Part shown: in pieces, positions 26,463 to 40,554 of the stretch
Layout: each line of letters opens with the position of its first letter
How positions within the stretch are numbered: position 1 is the stretch's first letter
Assembly (NCBI RefSeq): GCF_018350175.1
Contig: NC_058383.1
Span: 9,364,001 to 9,428,000, forward strand
Direction: 5' to 3'
DNA from: Felis catus
Taxonomy: Eukaryota
Length of the DNA: 64,000 bases
Notes under the pieces: generated by a model
The model's database searches: none
The model's input: only the letters and a program-made list of their open reading frames with translations
What the model was told of the DNA's origin: nothing
Translations under genes and position numbers: made by a program

Positions 26463-26688
26463 TTTTTTTTTTTTAATTTTTTTTTCAACGTTTATTTATT
26501 TTTGGGACAGAGAGAGACAGAGCATGAACGGGCGAGGGGCAGAGAGAGAGGGAGACACAGAATCGGAAACAGGCTCCAGGCTCTGAGCCATCAGCCCAGA
26601 GCCCGACGCGGGGCTCGAACTCACGGACCGTAAGATCGTGACCTGGCTGAAGTCGGACGCTTAACCGACTGCGCCACCCAGGCACCCC
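26463..26688 (-). mobile_element. Young feline SINE with perfect 18-bp TSD, inserted in a MIR
   Basis: AGAAGTGGCAATATTACT at 26445-26462 and 26689-26706. CpG-rich body. Confidence 0.92.
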
Positions 26689-26757
26689 AGAAGTGGCAAT
26701 ATTACTAATAGCCCTGTTTTATAGAGGTAGAAACTGAGGCGCAGAGAGACTAATTAC

Positions 26758-26758
<1 letters not shown>

Positions 26759-26789
<31 letters not shown>
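26759..26789 (+). repeat. Poly-C run (about 31 nt)
   Basis: Direct reading. Confidence 0.9.
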
Positions 26790-26790
<1 letters not shown>

Positions 26791-27112
26791 ATCAGGCAGC
26801 CGACAGTAAGCGGCACAGCCAGGATTTGGACCTAGAGAGTCTGGAAGCGAGGAAGTGGAGGGAGTGAGATGTCTCTCTGTAGAGAACAGAGATGGGTACC
26901 GAGGATGTTTGCCTGCTGATAGGAATGATCCATGTGGAGGCTGAAATTGGTGATGTTGGAGGGGAGGCTGAGAACCAAAGTCTGACTTAGTGGGAAGGAT
27001 CCAGGGCCCATAGTGAGGGGGGTGGCCTTTCCCAAGAGCATTCTACTGGTTACTCTGAAGTGGGTCCTAACTGTCCTGAGCAAGATTATCCCTAGGCTCA
27101 ACTTCTCTCCCA

Positions 27113-27130
27113 CATGCCCCCTGCTGGCCG
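27113..27130 (-). promoter_or_regulatory. Strong CTCF-like motif
   Basis: The minus strand reads CGGCCAGCAGGGGGCATG, matching the CCASYAGRKGGCR core. Confidence 0.55.
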
Positions 27131-27927
27131 CCAGAGGCCTGCTGGCTAACTCTTTGTAGCCCCCACCCCTGCTAAAAGGTAGCCTCCCTGTAGAAGTGGC
27201 TTCACAGGCCCAACCTTTCCCCCTCCATGTTCTTGGGGCACAAGAGCCCAGCCCAGCCCGGGCAGGCAGTTCTGTCAGTACACATCAGTGATTCTCCACC
27301 CAACTTTGGCCTCCGTGATCTTTGTCCTCAGCCTACAAGGCCCCTCCGCAGGGTCATGGCTTATCACTCTCTACCTGCTGTCACACCAGCCTCCTTTGGA
27401 CTCTGTCAAGTACTGAATGTTCTTCCCTTCCTCACCCTCTCTCCCTTCTCTGCCTGGCTAAGTCTTGCATAGCCACCTGGTTCAGCCTAGCAGTCGCATC
27501 TCAGCCCTTTCTGTCTGCTCCAGCCAGATGAGGCCCTCCTGTTAGCTTGTCCTCCAACACTGGATGCTGACTCTTGTAGTGCTTTTCCTGTTTATAATGT
27601 GGTTTTTGGCTCCATGTCTGTATTCCATGCTAGGCTGTAACCTTCATGAGGGTAGTCTGTTTCACCAGTTATTTCCAGTGCCTGGTATACAGTAGGTGCT
27701 CAGTAATGAAATGAAAGAAGAAAGGAATCGGTGACTGTATTACAGCCTACTGTGTATTTCTCTGGCTCAGATGCGCTGTGTACAATACTTGATTCTCTGT
27801 GATGCACATGTTACTACAAATTTTTGAAGCTCTCCGGATCACCTTCATGATTATTTTCATCTTTGTTTGAAGGTGTGTTAAAGAGTTTAATCCACTATCT
27901 TTGGCCATTCATTTAAAATGGAAAGAA

Positions 27928-28530
27928 GGGGGCGCCTGGGTGGCGCGGTCGGTTAAGCGTCAGGCTTTGGCTCAGGTCATGATCTCGCAGTTCGTGAGTT
28001 CGAGCCCCACCTCGGGCTCTGTGCTGACAGCTCAGAGCCTGGAGCCTGCTTTCGTTTCTGTGTCTCCCTCTCTCTGCCCCTCCCCAGCTTGCACTCTCTC
28101 TCTTAAAAATAAACATTAAAAATTAAAATATATAGGGGTGCCTGGGTGGCTCAGTCGGTTAGGCGGCCGACTTCGGCTCAGGTCACGATCTCGCGGTCCG
28201 TGAGTTCGAGCCCCGCGTCGGGCTCTGTGCTGACAGCTCAGAGCCCGGAGCCTGTTTCGGATTCTGTGTCTCCCTCTCTCTGACCCTTTCCCGTTCATGC
28301 TCTGTCTCTCTCTGTCTCAAAAATAAATAAACGTTAAAAAAAAATTAAAAAATATATATATAAAAAATAAAATGGAAAGAGGCACTAGTCCACTAGGCTC
28401 CATGCCGAGCATTGATCTTGCTTAAGGTTCTGTCTTCCCCTCCCTCCCCCCCTCTTTCTCCCTCCCTCTCCCTCTCTCCCCTGCTCGCTCTTGCGCTTTT
28501 TCTCACTCTAAAGTAAATAAATAAAATAAA
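27928..28530 (+). mobile_element. Stack of sense SINEs just upstream of the first STYXL1 coding exon
   Basis: Heads at about 27928 and 28135, outer TSD AAAATGGAAAGA. An older partial SINE ends about 35 nt before the acceptor. Confidence 0.85.
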
Positions 28531-28570
28531 CAGGTACTAAGCTTATACATTGTTGATTCTTCCCAGTAGG

Positions 28571-28673
28571 ATGGCTGGTTTGGTTTTGTGTGAACCAACA
28601 GAGCTTTACAACATCTTGAATCAGGTCACAAAACTGTCGCGACTGACTGAACCCAACTATCTCTGCCTATTGG
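28571..28673 (+). CDS. STYXL1: STYXL1 first coding exon ([34 protein letters not shown]; start of rhodanese/CH2 domain)
   Basis: Translated directly (absent from the ORF track). Closely resembles the human MK-STYX N-terminus as remembered. Acceptor CCCAG|TAGG|ATG, branch-like TACTAA at 28535-28540, donor GTAAGT, phase 1. Confidence 0.95.
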
Positions 28674-29469
28674 GTAAGTGCTTTAAAAATACGATTTTTG
28701 GTGAATCAACAAATCTATGGGGATGAGGGAATAAATGACTTTAGAAAACCTTTAGATTCCTTCGACATAGCTTACAATGATGCTACTAATTGTCACATGA
28801 CTTGGAAATCATTCCAGGTTAGGTCTAGAAGTTCTTGGAAGACCTGTGTTCTTGTCAAGTGAAACATTTCAAACATCCAGCAAATACATAGTGATGCTGA
28901 TAAATGCCCATGTACCCACCATCAGATTCAGCGTACATAACGTTACACATAGATGTACCCCTCTATCGTACCCCATCCTGATCCCATCGCTTCTCCTCCC
29001 CAAAGATGATCGGTTCTGTATTTTTACATTTTTACTATATATGCAGGCATCCTGAAATAACGTGTGGCTTGATCATTTATACAAATTGTACCGTAATGTA
29101 CAATCATTCTGCAGCTTGCTTTTTCTTAGAATTTTTGAGATCTGCCCCACCCCCCCGCCCCATGTCTAAATGTGAAGATCTGTTTTAACTGTCAGGGTAG
29201 CGCCCATAGCTAATCAGTCGTGATGTGTTGCTTGCGTTGTGTTTCTATTGATGAACAGTGCCTTGTGCGACTCTTATTCACGGGCAAGAATGTCTTCAGG
29301 GTATCTAACTAGAAATGGAATTGACAAGTTGCAGATTCTGCTTTCACTACATTATTGTCAAATTGCCTCCAAAAAGATGATCATTTTGCATTCCCATCAT
29401 CAGTGTAAGACCCATACCTATCGACACCTTTTGTCAGCCTGGAAAATTTTTGCATTCTGATTGGTGTGA

Positions 29470-32400
29470 ACTTGTGATTTTTTTTTCTCCCCCAATTAAA
29501 AAAATCACAATAAAATACACATAACATAAAATGTGCTGTTTTGGCCACTTTTAATTGTACAGTTCAGTGTGTCAAATACGTTCATAATGTTGCACGGTAT
29601 TATGCACACCACCATCCATCTCCATAACTCCTCATCCTGTAAACTCTAAAACTTACACCCATTGAACACTAACTCCCCATCCCTCCCATCCCTAATCCCC
29701 TGGAAATCCCCATTCTCCTTTCTGCCTCTGTGATTTTTAAAAAAAATTTTTGAATGTTTTTTAAAATTTATTTTTGAAGGAGAGAGAGAGACAGAGCATG
29801 AGTAGGGGAAGAACAGAGAGAGAGGGAGACACAGAATCCGAAGCCAGGCTCCAGGCTCTGAGCTGTCAGCACAGAGCCCGATGCGGGGGTTGAACCCACA
29901 AACTGTGAGATCATGACCTGAGCCGAAGTCGGACGCTTAACCGACTGAGCCACCCAGGTGCCCCATGTGCCTCTATGATTTTTGACCATTGCAGGTCATG
30001 TAAGTGGAACCATACAGTATTTGTGTTTTGCAACTGGCTTATTTCACTGAGCATCATCGCATCATCCAGGTTCTTCATGTTGTAGCATATTGCAGAATTT
30101 TCCTAAGGCTGAATAATATTCTGTTGTATGTATATACCACATTTTGCTTATCCATTTATTTGTCAACAGACATTTGGGTTGCCTGCATGTTTTAGCTATC
30201 GTGAATGATGATGATCATGGGTGTACAAATATTTCTGAGCCCCTGCTTTTATTTATTTTGGGTATATAAACCAGAAATGGAATTGTTGCATCATGTGGTG
30301 ATTCTATTTTTAATTTTTTGAGAAATTGCCCCATTGTTTTCCACAGCAGCTGCGTCATTTTACACGAACACAAGGGTTCACAAATTTCTAATTCTTCCAT
30401 GTCATTGTCAACACTTGTTATTTTCTGGTTTTTTTGGGGGGGGTTAGTAATCATTCTAAGAGGAGGGAGATAGAATCTCCATATAATTCTGATTTGCATT
30501 TCCCTAATGATTAGTGATGTTGAGCATCTTTTCCATGCACTTATTGGCCATTTGTATATCTTCTTTGGAGAAATATGGGATCGAGTCCTTTGCCCGTTTT
30601 TGAATCAGTTTTTCTTTTTTACCTTTGAGTTTTATCAGTTATCTACATATTCTGGATATTAATACCTTATCAAATTTAACGGTCATGAAGTTCAGTTTGC
30701 CTAATTCTTTTTCATTTGTTGCCCATGCCTTTGGTGTCCTATCCAGGAAATCATTGCCGAATCCAATGTCATGAAGATTTGCCCTATGTTTTCTTCTTCA
30801 AGTTTATACTTCTGGTCTTACATTTAGGTCTTTGATCCATTTTGAGTTAATTTGTGTATGTAGTGTTAGATAAAGGTCCAACTTCACTCTTTTGCATGAG
30901 GATATCCAATTTTCCCAGCACCATTGTTTGAAAAGACTGTCCCATTCTTAGTCTCTTGAGATTCTGTACGAATTTTAGGATGTGTCTTCCTTCCTTCCTT
31001 CCTTCCTTCCATCCATCCATCCATCCATCCATCCATGTTTATTTATTTTGGGGGGGTGGGAGGGGATTGGGAAGATATAGTGCAGAGCCCGATATGGGGC
31101 TTGATCTCATGAATCCTGAAACCGTGACCTGAGCCAAAATCAGTCGGCCACTTAACTAACTGAGCCACCCAGGCACCCTGGGTTTTTTTCTTTCTATAAA
31201 AAAAATCATTGGGAGTTAGATAGATAGTGCATTGAATCTATAGATTGTTTTGAAATTTTGTTTTGTATAGTATTGACATCTTAACAACATTGTTTCCCAG
31301 TTCATGAACATGGAGTGTTTTTCCACTAATTTGTCCTTTAATTTCTTTCAGCAACATTTTGTAGTTTTCCACGTACAAGTCTTTTGCTTCTTTGGTTAAA
31401 TTAAGTATTTTATTCCTTTTGACATAATTGAAAATGGAATTATTAATTTCTTTGTCAGGTCGTTTATTGTGAGTGTATAGAAACACAACTGATTTTTGTG
31501 TGTTAACTTTATATCCAGTAGCTGTGATGAATTCATTTGTTAGTTCTAACAGGTTTTTTTGTTTGTTTGTTTTGGTTTTTTTGGTCAGATCTTCAGGGTT
31601 TTTCAAATTTCATTGAACTTTACAGTACAAAGAATATATTTTAATGTATGGAATTTTTAGAAGTTTATTTTTTTTTTAGTAATTTCTGCAGTCACCATGG
31701 GTCTCAAATTGATGAACCCCAGATCAAGAGTCACTTGCTCCTCCAACTGAGCCAGCCAGGTGCCCTTTAGGGTTTTTTTGTTTTGTTTTGCTTTTTTTTG
31801 TTTTTTGTTTTTTGTTTTGTTTTTACACATATGAGATGCTATCATCTGCAAACTGAGCTGATTTTGCTTCTTCCTTTACAATTTAGATGCCCTCTATTTC
31901 CTTTTCTTGCCTAATTGCTCTGGCTAGGGCTTCTAGTACTTTGTTGAATAAAAGTGGTGAAAGTCCACATCCTTGTGTTTTTCCTGACCTAGAGGAAATG
32001 TCTTTAGTCTTTCACCATTGAATATGACATTTGCTCCATTTTTTTTTATTAAAGTTTATTTATTTTTGAGACCGAGAGAGACAGAGCATGAACGGGGGAG
32101 GGGCAGAGAGAGAGGGAGACACAGAATTGGAAGCAGGCTCCAGGCTCTGAGTCATCAGCCCAGAGCCTGACGCGGGGCTCGAACTCATGGACCACGAGAT
32201 CGTGACCTGAGCTGAAGTCAGATGCTTAACTGACTGAGCCACCCAGGCGCCCCTGTTTTTTTTTTTTTTAACATGTGGTTTTAGTATGTTGAGGTAGTTT
32301 CTTTTTATTCCTGGTTTGTTGCACGTCTTTCTTATGAGACTGTACCACATTTTGTCAAATGCTTTTTCTCATTGGTTGGAATGATCATGTGGTTTCTTTC

Positions 32401-34190
32401 TTTCATTCTGTTGATGTGGTATATTACATTGACATTTTGGTGTGTTGAATTGTCCTTACATTTCACAAATAAATCCCACTTGTTTATGGTATGTAATCCT
32501 TTTAATATGCGGCTAATATTTTTTTGGAGAATTTTTGCATCAGTGTTCATACTGGCCTGTAGGTTTTTTGTTTCTCTGTTTTTCTTGTAGTTTCTTTTGC
32601 TTTGGTATCAGGGTAACATTGGCTTCATAGAATGACTTAGGAAGTGTTCTTTCCTCTTCAATTTTTTTTGAAAAGTGAGAAGTATTGGGATTAATTCTTC
32701 TTTACATATTCACCAGTGAATGCATCAGGTCCAGGGCTGATTTTTCTTTATTAAATAAATTATATTTTAAATCTTTTTTTTTTTAGTTTATTTTTGAGAG
32801 AGAGAGAGAGAGCATGCAAGCACAAGTGGAAGAGGGACAGAGAGAAGGAGAGACAGAATCTCAAGCAGGCTCCATGCCATCAGCACAGAGCCCAATGTGA
32901 GGCTCGAACTCACAAACCATGAGACCATGACCTGAGCTGAAACCAAGAGTTGGACGCTCAACTGTCTATACCACCCAGGAACTCTAAATCAATATTTTAA
33001 TAAACACATGAAATTCTTCTCTATGGGGATGAATAGATCTCTAGGTCAGGGATTTCAAAAGGTTTATCATCATCTTTCAAGACAATACACTGAATTCTGA
33101 AGTGTTAGATTGGTAAGAAGCAATGGATGAGATCTTTTCTGGGATCTGCTTTTGGTCAGAAATGGGAAAGACCCTTCAGAGTGGTGGACTTGGGGAGAGT
33201 ACAGACCAGGGAAAAGCCTCAGTGCATGTACTGTACCTGGCTTATAATTCTGCTTTGGGCCAACTCTACTAGTACAAGAATATACATGTGAATTATAATA
33301 ATATTGAATGTAGTTTAAACTCTTTTCTATGAATATATATCCTGTATAGATCCAGCCTGATAATTAGAGTGGTTGAGTGGTCTATGCAATGCTTCTTCTT
33401 CTTCTTTTTTTTTTTTTTTTGTCAGGAGAGTTTTAAATTTTTTTAGAGAGCACAAGCAGGGAATAAGGAAAGGGGGAAATGGAACCTAAACTGAGCATGG
33501 AACCTGATGCCACACTTGATCCCATGACCCTGGCATCATGACCTGAGCGGAAATCAAGAGTCAGATGCTTGAGTGCCTGGGTTGGTCAAGCGTCCAACTT
33601 TGGCTCAGGTCATGATCTCATGGTTTGTGAGTTTGAGCCCCACATTGGGCTCTCTGTTGTCAGCACAGAGACCGCTTTGATCCTCTGTCTCCCCCCACCC
33701 CCATCCCTCCCCCTCTGGTTTTCTGTCTCTCTCCCCCCGATTCCTCCCCCTCTGATTTTTTGTCTCTCTCAGAAAGACCCTCCCCCCTACCCCCATCAAA
33801 ATAAATAAAAACAAAAAAAAAAAAAAGAGAGAGATGCTCAACCAACTGAGCCACCCAGGAGATTTTTGATCATTGATTCAATCTCCTTACTGGTTATAGG
33901 TCTACTCAGATTTTTTCCTTCTTTGTGATTTGGTCTTGGTAGGTTTGTGTTTCTAGGCATCTGTCAGTTTCATTTAGGTTATTTAATTTTTTGGCATATA
34001 ATTGTTGATAGTACTCTTTTACAATCTTTATTTCTGTAGACTTGGTAGTAATGTCCCTACCTTGATTTCTGACTTTAGTAATTTGGATCTTCTCTCTCTT
34101 TTTCTTCTTAGTCCATCTAGCTAAAGGTTTGTTGATTTTTATTTTTCAAAGAGCCAACTCTTGGCTTCATGGATTATTTTTTTTTAAGTC
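29470..34190 (-). mobile_element. Fragmented L1 (ORF2 and 3' UTR remnants) interrupted by several SINEs
   Basis: Minus-strand peptide remnants resemble L1 ORF2: MNTDAKIL...NVIYHINRMKERNHMII (32332-32550) and LLELTNEF...GYKVNTQKSVVFLYT (31238-31606). Many stops and frameshifts. Confidence 0.85.
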
Positions 34191-34583
34191 ATTGTCATCT
34201 GGGACACGTGATGAGGTCTGTGCTGATTTAAATTTGTATCTGCACATATATGCACAATAGTCCCCAAAGCTAAAGACCACATGATTGTAGAAATTAAAAA
34301 AAAATAAAATGGCCCTTCTTGGAAGATTAGAGCAACACATCCAATCCTCTTGGTTTGTTCATTTTTAATTTTTTAAATGTTTGTTTATTGGGGGGGGGGG
34401 TGCACAGCACCAGTAGGGGAGGGGCAGAGAGAGAGAGGAGAGAGAGAATCCCAGGCAGGTTCCATGCTGTCAGCACAGAGCCCGATGTGGGGCTCGAACT
34501 CACGAAACCATGAGATCATGACCTGAGCTGAGATCAAGATCTGCTTAACCAACTGAGCACCCCCAGGCGTCTCCCAGTCCTCT

Positions 34584-35374
34584 TGTTAAGAAGCTATAAC
34601 CGAACCCAGTTTGTCTGCCCGCCATGGCACAGCAAAGGCAATCCTACAGCGAGGAAAGGGTTTGAGAACAGCCAAATGACAGGAGGGCGAGCCTCAAATC
34701 TGCCTTCCTGAAGGGGAAGAGAACAAGTGTTTGATAATCCTAGGGGTTGGGATTTCATACGTATCGATGAAAAGGATGGGGAGACTTAAGACTGTTTATG
34801 AGAAAAGGTGGAGCATTCATATCACACAAATGTATGTTAACATATATCTCATGTTCACTTTACAGTGGACACAGCATTAAAATGAGACGAAATTCAGGAG
34901 GTCGTCTTAGGGCAGAGAGAAGGGGCTCTGTGCATGCTCTGAGAGCGGGATGGGTTTTGGGCTCTTATTTCCAGTCAGGAATGCAGGGCTTTGTATGTTC
35001 ATTGGCTGGAACCCTATCAGTGACCTTGAGTCTAGGCTTCTGCAGAGACAGGAGTGGATTTGTTAGTGAGGTCTGGAAAAAAAAGCCATAGCTGATTAGG
35101 GAGAAACGGGTCTCTGAAAAACAAGCTTTAAATTTCCTGTTAGTTTCGGGGTGCCCGGGTGGCTCAATTGGTCAAGCGACCAACTTTGGCTCAGGTCAGG
35201 ATCTCACAGTTTGTGGGTCCAAGCCCCGCATCAGGCTCTGCACTGACAGCTTGGAGCCTGAAGCCTACTTCCTTTCTCTCTGCCCTTCCCTCTGCTTGCA
35301 GTCTGCCTCTCTCTCTCAAAAGTTGATAAACAGTAAAAAAAAAAAATTTTTTTTTAAATTTCCTGTTAGTTTCA
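34584..35374 (-). mobile_element. Probable solo ERV LTR with a SINE inserted near its end (35148-35355)
   Basis: TGTT...TTTCA termini and LTR-like composition. SINE TSD AAATTTCCTGTTAGTTTC. The LTR's own TSD is not clean. Confidence 0.5.
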
Positions 35375-35429
35375 ACCTCATTAACCCTATGGAGCATGGT
35401 TTCAAAGCTTTATCAAAAAACTGTAGCTT

Positions 35430-36269
35430 TGAGGTGCCTAACTGGTTCAGTTGGAACAGCATGTAACTCTTGATCTCAGGGTCATGAGTTCAAGCCCCAC
35501 ATAGGGTGTAGAGAACACATAAATGAATAAATGAATAAATACTTTAAATGTCTTTTTTTTCCCTGAGAGAATGTGTGAGCAGAGGAGAGGGACAGAGGGG
35601 GAGAGAGAGAATCTTAAACAGGCTCCATGCTCAGTGCAGAGCCCACTGCAGGGTTCAATCCCAAGAACCTGAGATCATAATCTGAGTTGATATCAAGAGC
35701 CAGATGCTCAACTGACTGAGCCACCCAGGTACCCCACAAATATTTTTTTTTCAGAGCTACTTTTTTCCTTTGTTTAAGATTATTTACTTTATTTACTTTA
35801 TATTTTATTTTATTTTATTTTATTTTATTTTATTTTATTTTATTTTATTTTATTTTATTTTAAGTTTTTTTTAATGTTTTATTTATTTTTGAGACAGGGA
35901 GAGACAGAGCATGAACAGGGGAGGGTCAGAGAGAGGGAGACACAGAATCCGAAACAGGCTCCAGGGTCTGAGCTGTCAGCACAGAGCCTGACGCGGGGCT
36001 CGAACTCACAGACCGAGAGATCATGACCTGAGCCAAAGTCGGTTGCTCAACTGACTGAGCCACCCAGGTGCCCCAAAATTATTTACTTTTTGAGAGAGTC
36101 AGCATGTGAGTGGGGGAGGGTCAGAGAGCAAGGTTGAGAGAGAAACCCAAGCAGGCTTTGCATTATCAGCGCAGAGTCCGACACAGGACTCGAACCCATG
36201 AACTGTGAGATCATGACCGGAGCCAAAATCAAGAGTTGGACACCTAACTGACTGAGCTACTCAGGAGCA

Positions 36270-36302
<33 letters not shown>

Positions 36303-36785
36303 GGTGTGATTCACAAAAAGCTACATTTTTTTTTTTTTTTTTAAGTTTTTTTATTTGGGTGCTTGGATGGCTCAGTCGAGCATCCGATTCTTGATTTCAG
36401 CTTGGGTCATGATCCCAGGGTCGTGGGATCGAGCCCCCATGGCACTAAGTGTGGAGCCTGATTAATATTCTTTCTTCCTCTGTCCCTCTCCCCCACTAGT
36501 GCACTTGCTCTCTGTTTCTCTTTCTCTCTCTAAAATTGAAAAAAATTACATGTTAAAACATCTTGAGCGGTGCTTGGGTGGCTCAGTCGGTTGGCTTCCA
36601 ACTTCGGCTCAGGTTATGATCTCATGGTTCATGGGTTCCAGCCCCCCATCGGGGTCTGTGCTGACAGCTCAGAGCCTGGAGCCTGCTTCAGATTCTGTGT
36701 CTCCCTCTATCTCTGCCCCTCCCTGGCTCGTGCTCTGTCTCTCTCTCTAAAAAATGAATAAACATTTAAAAAAAATTAAAAAATA
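35430..36785. mobile_element. Dense SINE cluster (short sense head, three antisense, two sense) with (TTTTA)n
   Basis: Multiple SINE bodies. (TTTTA)n at about 35803-35862. Confidence 0.85.
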
Positions 36786-37494
36786 ATCTTGAAACTGTCT
36801 TTTGAATTTATATTTACATTAGTCAAAAGAGATCCATTCATAAGACTACCTAGAATTAGGCTTATAATATATTCTAGTATTTCAAGTTTATGACTAGTTA
36901 CTAAACATCAGTTTACAAATAACATGTTCAGGTTTTCAAATCTTTTTCCCCCCACTTTTCTTGAGAAATAATCAACATATATCACTGTAGGAGTTTAAGG
37001 TATACAGCATGATGGTTTGATTTGCATATATTGTGAAATCGTGATAGGTTTAGTTAACATCCATCATCTCTTATAAATACAATAAAAAGGATAGAGCATT
37101 TCTCCTTACGATGGGAACTCTTAGGATTCACTCTTAAGAACTTTCCCACAGGGGTGCCTGGCCAGTTCAGATGGGAGATCACATGACTCTTGATTTTGGG
37201 GTCGTGAATTTGAGCCCCATGTTGGGTGTAGAGATTACTTAAAAAAAAATCCTTAGCAGAAAAAAAAAGTTTCCCACATATCCTACAGTAGTGTTAGCTA
37301 CAGTCCTCATGTTGTACATCATAACATGTTCATTTTTTTGTGTTCCTTTTATCGAAAGGGAAAATTCTAGCTTCAGTCCTATCCAGGCAGGGAAAAACTG
37401 AGAAAATAAAAGATTCCAGCAGTTCCACATAAATATTACATTTGTCAAATGGAAGAACTCCCAACTGAACCAGATGTTCATATTATTAAGATAC

Positions 37495-37791
37495 TTTCAT
37501 TTTTTTAAATGTTTTTAAATGTTTATTTAATTTTTTTAAATGTTTATTTTTGAGAGCGAGTGCAAGTGGGGAAGGGGCAGAGAGAGAGGGAGACAGAGGA
37601 TCCGATTCTGGCTCCGTGCTGACAGCAGTGAGCCCAACGTAGGACTTGAACTCACGAACCGTGAGATCATGACCTGAGCTGAAGTCAGATGCTCAACCGA
37701 CTGAGCCACCTAGGCGCCCTTGTCCTTTTAAAAAAAAAAATTTTTTTTTTTAAAATCTGTATTTATTTTTGAGAGAGAGAGAGAGAGAGAG

Positions 37792-37834
<43 letters not shown>

Positions 37835-38220
37835 AAGTGGGGGAGGAACACAGAGAGAGGGAGACACAGAATCTGAAGCAGGCTCCAGGCTCCGAACTAT
37901 CAGCACAGAGCCTGACGTGGGGCTCGAACCCATGAACCGTGAGATCATGATCTGAGCCGAAGTTGGATGTTTAACTGACTGAGCCACCCAGCCGCCCCTC
38001 CCCTTGTCTTTTTTTAAAAAAATGTTTATTTTTAGAGTGAGAGAGTGAGTGCATGTGCATGAATGGGGGAGGGGCAGAGAGAGGGAGAGAAAGAGAATCC
38101 CAAGCAGGCTCCATGCTCAGTGAGGAGCCTGACGTGGGGTTTGATCCCATGACCCCGAGATCATGACCTGAGCCAAAATCAAGAGTCTGACACTTAACCC
38201 TCTGAGCCACAAGGCGCCCT
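37495..38220 (-). mobile_element. Three tandem antisense Can-SINEs, with (GA)n(GT)n at 37771-37832
   Basis: Direct reading. Confidence 0.85.
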
Positions 38221-39843
38221 TCCTTTTGCCCTTTTTGATCTTTTTTAACCATGGGCATGATTTTTTTTGTTTATCTCTCCAAAGGAATAATCAAATCATG
38301 TTTCTAGTAGAGAAAAATTTATCTAACTTTTCACAGTGATGGCATCTAGGACTTCTCCATGCCCTCTAGAAATGTCATATGTTTAAGGGGAAGAAAAACC
38401 TGGAAAGAAGAGAAGACCTGTTTACCACTTGTGGGAATAGCCACTTGTGTTCCCAGCATGGATCTGTTGTTTGGATTTGCAGGAAGAGAGCCTGATGTTG
38501 GGCCTCTGCAGAGAGCAGACCGTCTCCCTTCCTCACTGCTCCTGGTGACCACGATTATAGATGCAAACACAGGCAGAAAGCCTCTTGGATCTCCAAGTGC
38601 GGGGATCTTAATTGCCTCATGGGCCCCGACGCTTTGCTTCAAATGCAGTGCTGCATTCTTCCCAAGGGCACACTTCCCACATTGGCTGTTTTGAAAGAGA
38701 GAGAGAGACAGACAGACAGACAGTGTGAGTGGGGGAGGGGCAGAGAGAGAGGGAGACATAGAATATGAAGGCTCAGGCTCTAGGCTCTGAGCTGTCAGCA
38801 CAGAGCCCGTCGCGGGAGATCATGACCTGAGCCGAAGGCAGACGCTTAACCGACTGAGCCCCCCAGGCGCCCCTGCACATCCATTTCTTTAGTCTCTGTT
38901 ACTGATTTGTGAGTTCTGGTAGACCCTTGGATCATTAGGTATTTCCACAAGTCTTTTCTCTTTTGAAATGTTATCCACCACCACCCCCCACCCCGGCTTT
39001 TACAGCCCATTGTTTTATATATTTGCATGTGGGCGTCTATGTTGTATCTAGCAATCTTGATGTGCTATCCTGTTAATCCTAATTATTTGCGGTTCTGTTA
39101 GATTTTCTTTCTTTTTAAGTTTATTTTGAGAGAGAGAGAAAGAGGAGGGGCAGAGAGAGAGGGAGAGAGAGAGAATCCTAAGCAGGCTCCACACTGTCAG
39201 TGCAGAGCCTGACATGGGGCTTGAACTTAAATCCCAAGACGGTGACCTGAGCCGAAACCAAGAGTCAGAGGCTTAGCCGACTGAGCCACCCAGGCGCCCC
39301 TGTGTTGGATTTTCTATGTAGACCACCATATTTATCTATGTATAATGGCAGTTTGATTTCTTCCTTTTAAATTCTTATACATTTTACTTTTTTTCCCCCC
39401 TTATCTCACTGCATTGCTGTGCCCTTGGCTCTCCCGTTTGGTGTTACAAGGGACCGTGACTGAGCGTTTTGTCTTTTTTCTGCCTTTACCAATTTGCTAT
39501 GGTATTTGCTGTAGCTATTTAGTAATTTTCCCCAACAGGTTAAAGAAGTTCTTACTACAGACTTTTTTTAAGACATGAATTGAAACTTTTGTTGCCAAAG
39601 GTTCCAAACAGCCAAAGCAAAACCAGTGAATCACTGAAGTAATAACGAGTAAACATTTATTGTATACACACAGAAAAGACAGTTTGCAAACTGGAAACAT
39701 TGAAACCAGACTGTGGGATAAGGCTCAGGGGTATGTTTGTTATAAAGCTGCATAGTGGGAAAATAGCATTTATTTTTCCACAGTGATTGGTCACAATATT
39801 ACAATATTTTTTCAATTAAAATATTAAAAAAATATTTATTTTT

Positions 39844-39874
<31 letters not shown>

Positions 39875-40554
39875 TGTGAGCAGCCAAGGGGCAGAGAGAG
39901 AGAGAGGGAGACACAGAATCTGAAGCAGGCTCTAGGCTCTGAGCTGCCAGCACAGAGCCCACCCAACGCGGGGCTGGGACCCGCGAACCGCGAGATCATG
40001 ACCCGAGCTAAAGTCAGACGCTTAACTGACTGAACCACCCAGGGGCCCCTTTAATACCTTAATGTGATTTTCTAGTATTACATAGTTCCTACTCCATCAT
40101 CACATAGCGTGTGCACGCTGTTAGATTTGGCTTATTGTGATTTCTGATTTTCACATCTATATTAATGAGTGAAATGAGTTTACAGTTTACTCTGCTTAGT
40201 TTTGCTTGTTTTTAAACCATACAGACCGTGTATCTGACTTCTTTTGCTCGTTTATATTGTTAAGATTCACTCCTGGGACGCCTGTGTGGCTCAGTCTTTT
40301 GAGCGTCCAACTCTTGATTTGGGCTCAGGTCGTGATCTCACAGTCTTGGGATCAAGCCCCGCGGTGGGTTCCGCACTGGGTGTGGAGCCTGCTTAAGATT
40401 TTCTCTTTCCCTCTGCTCCTCTTTCCCGCTCCCGTGCATTCTCTCTAAAAAAAAAAACAAAACACAAAATTCCCTAGTAATGTTACATTAGCTACATGTA
40501 CTTGATTCATTTTTGTTGCTTGCACAGCACCACAGGTAAACAAAGCCAGACCCT

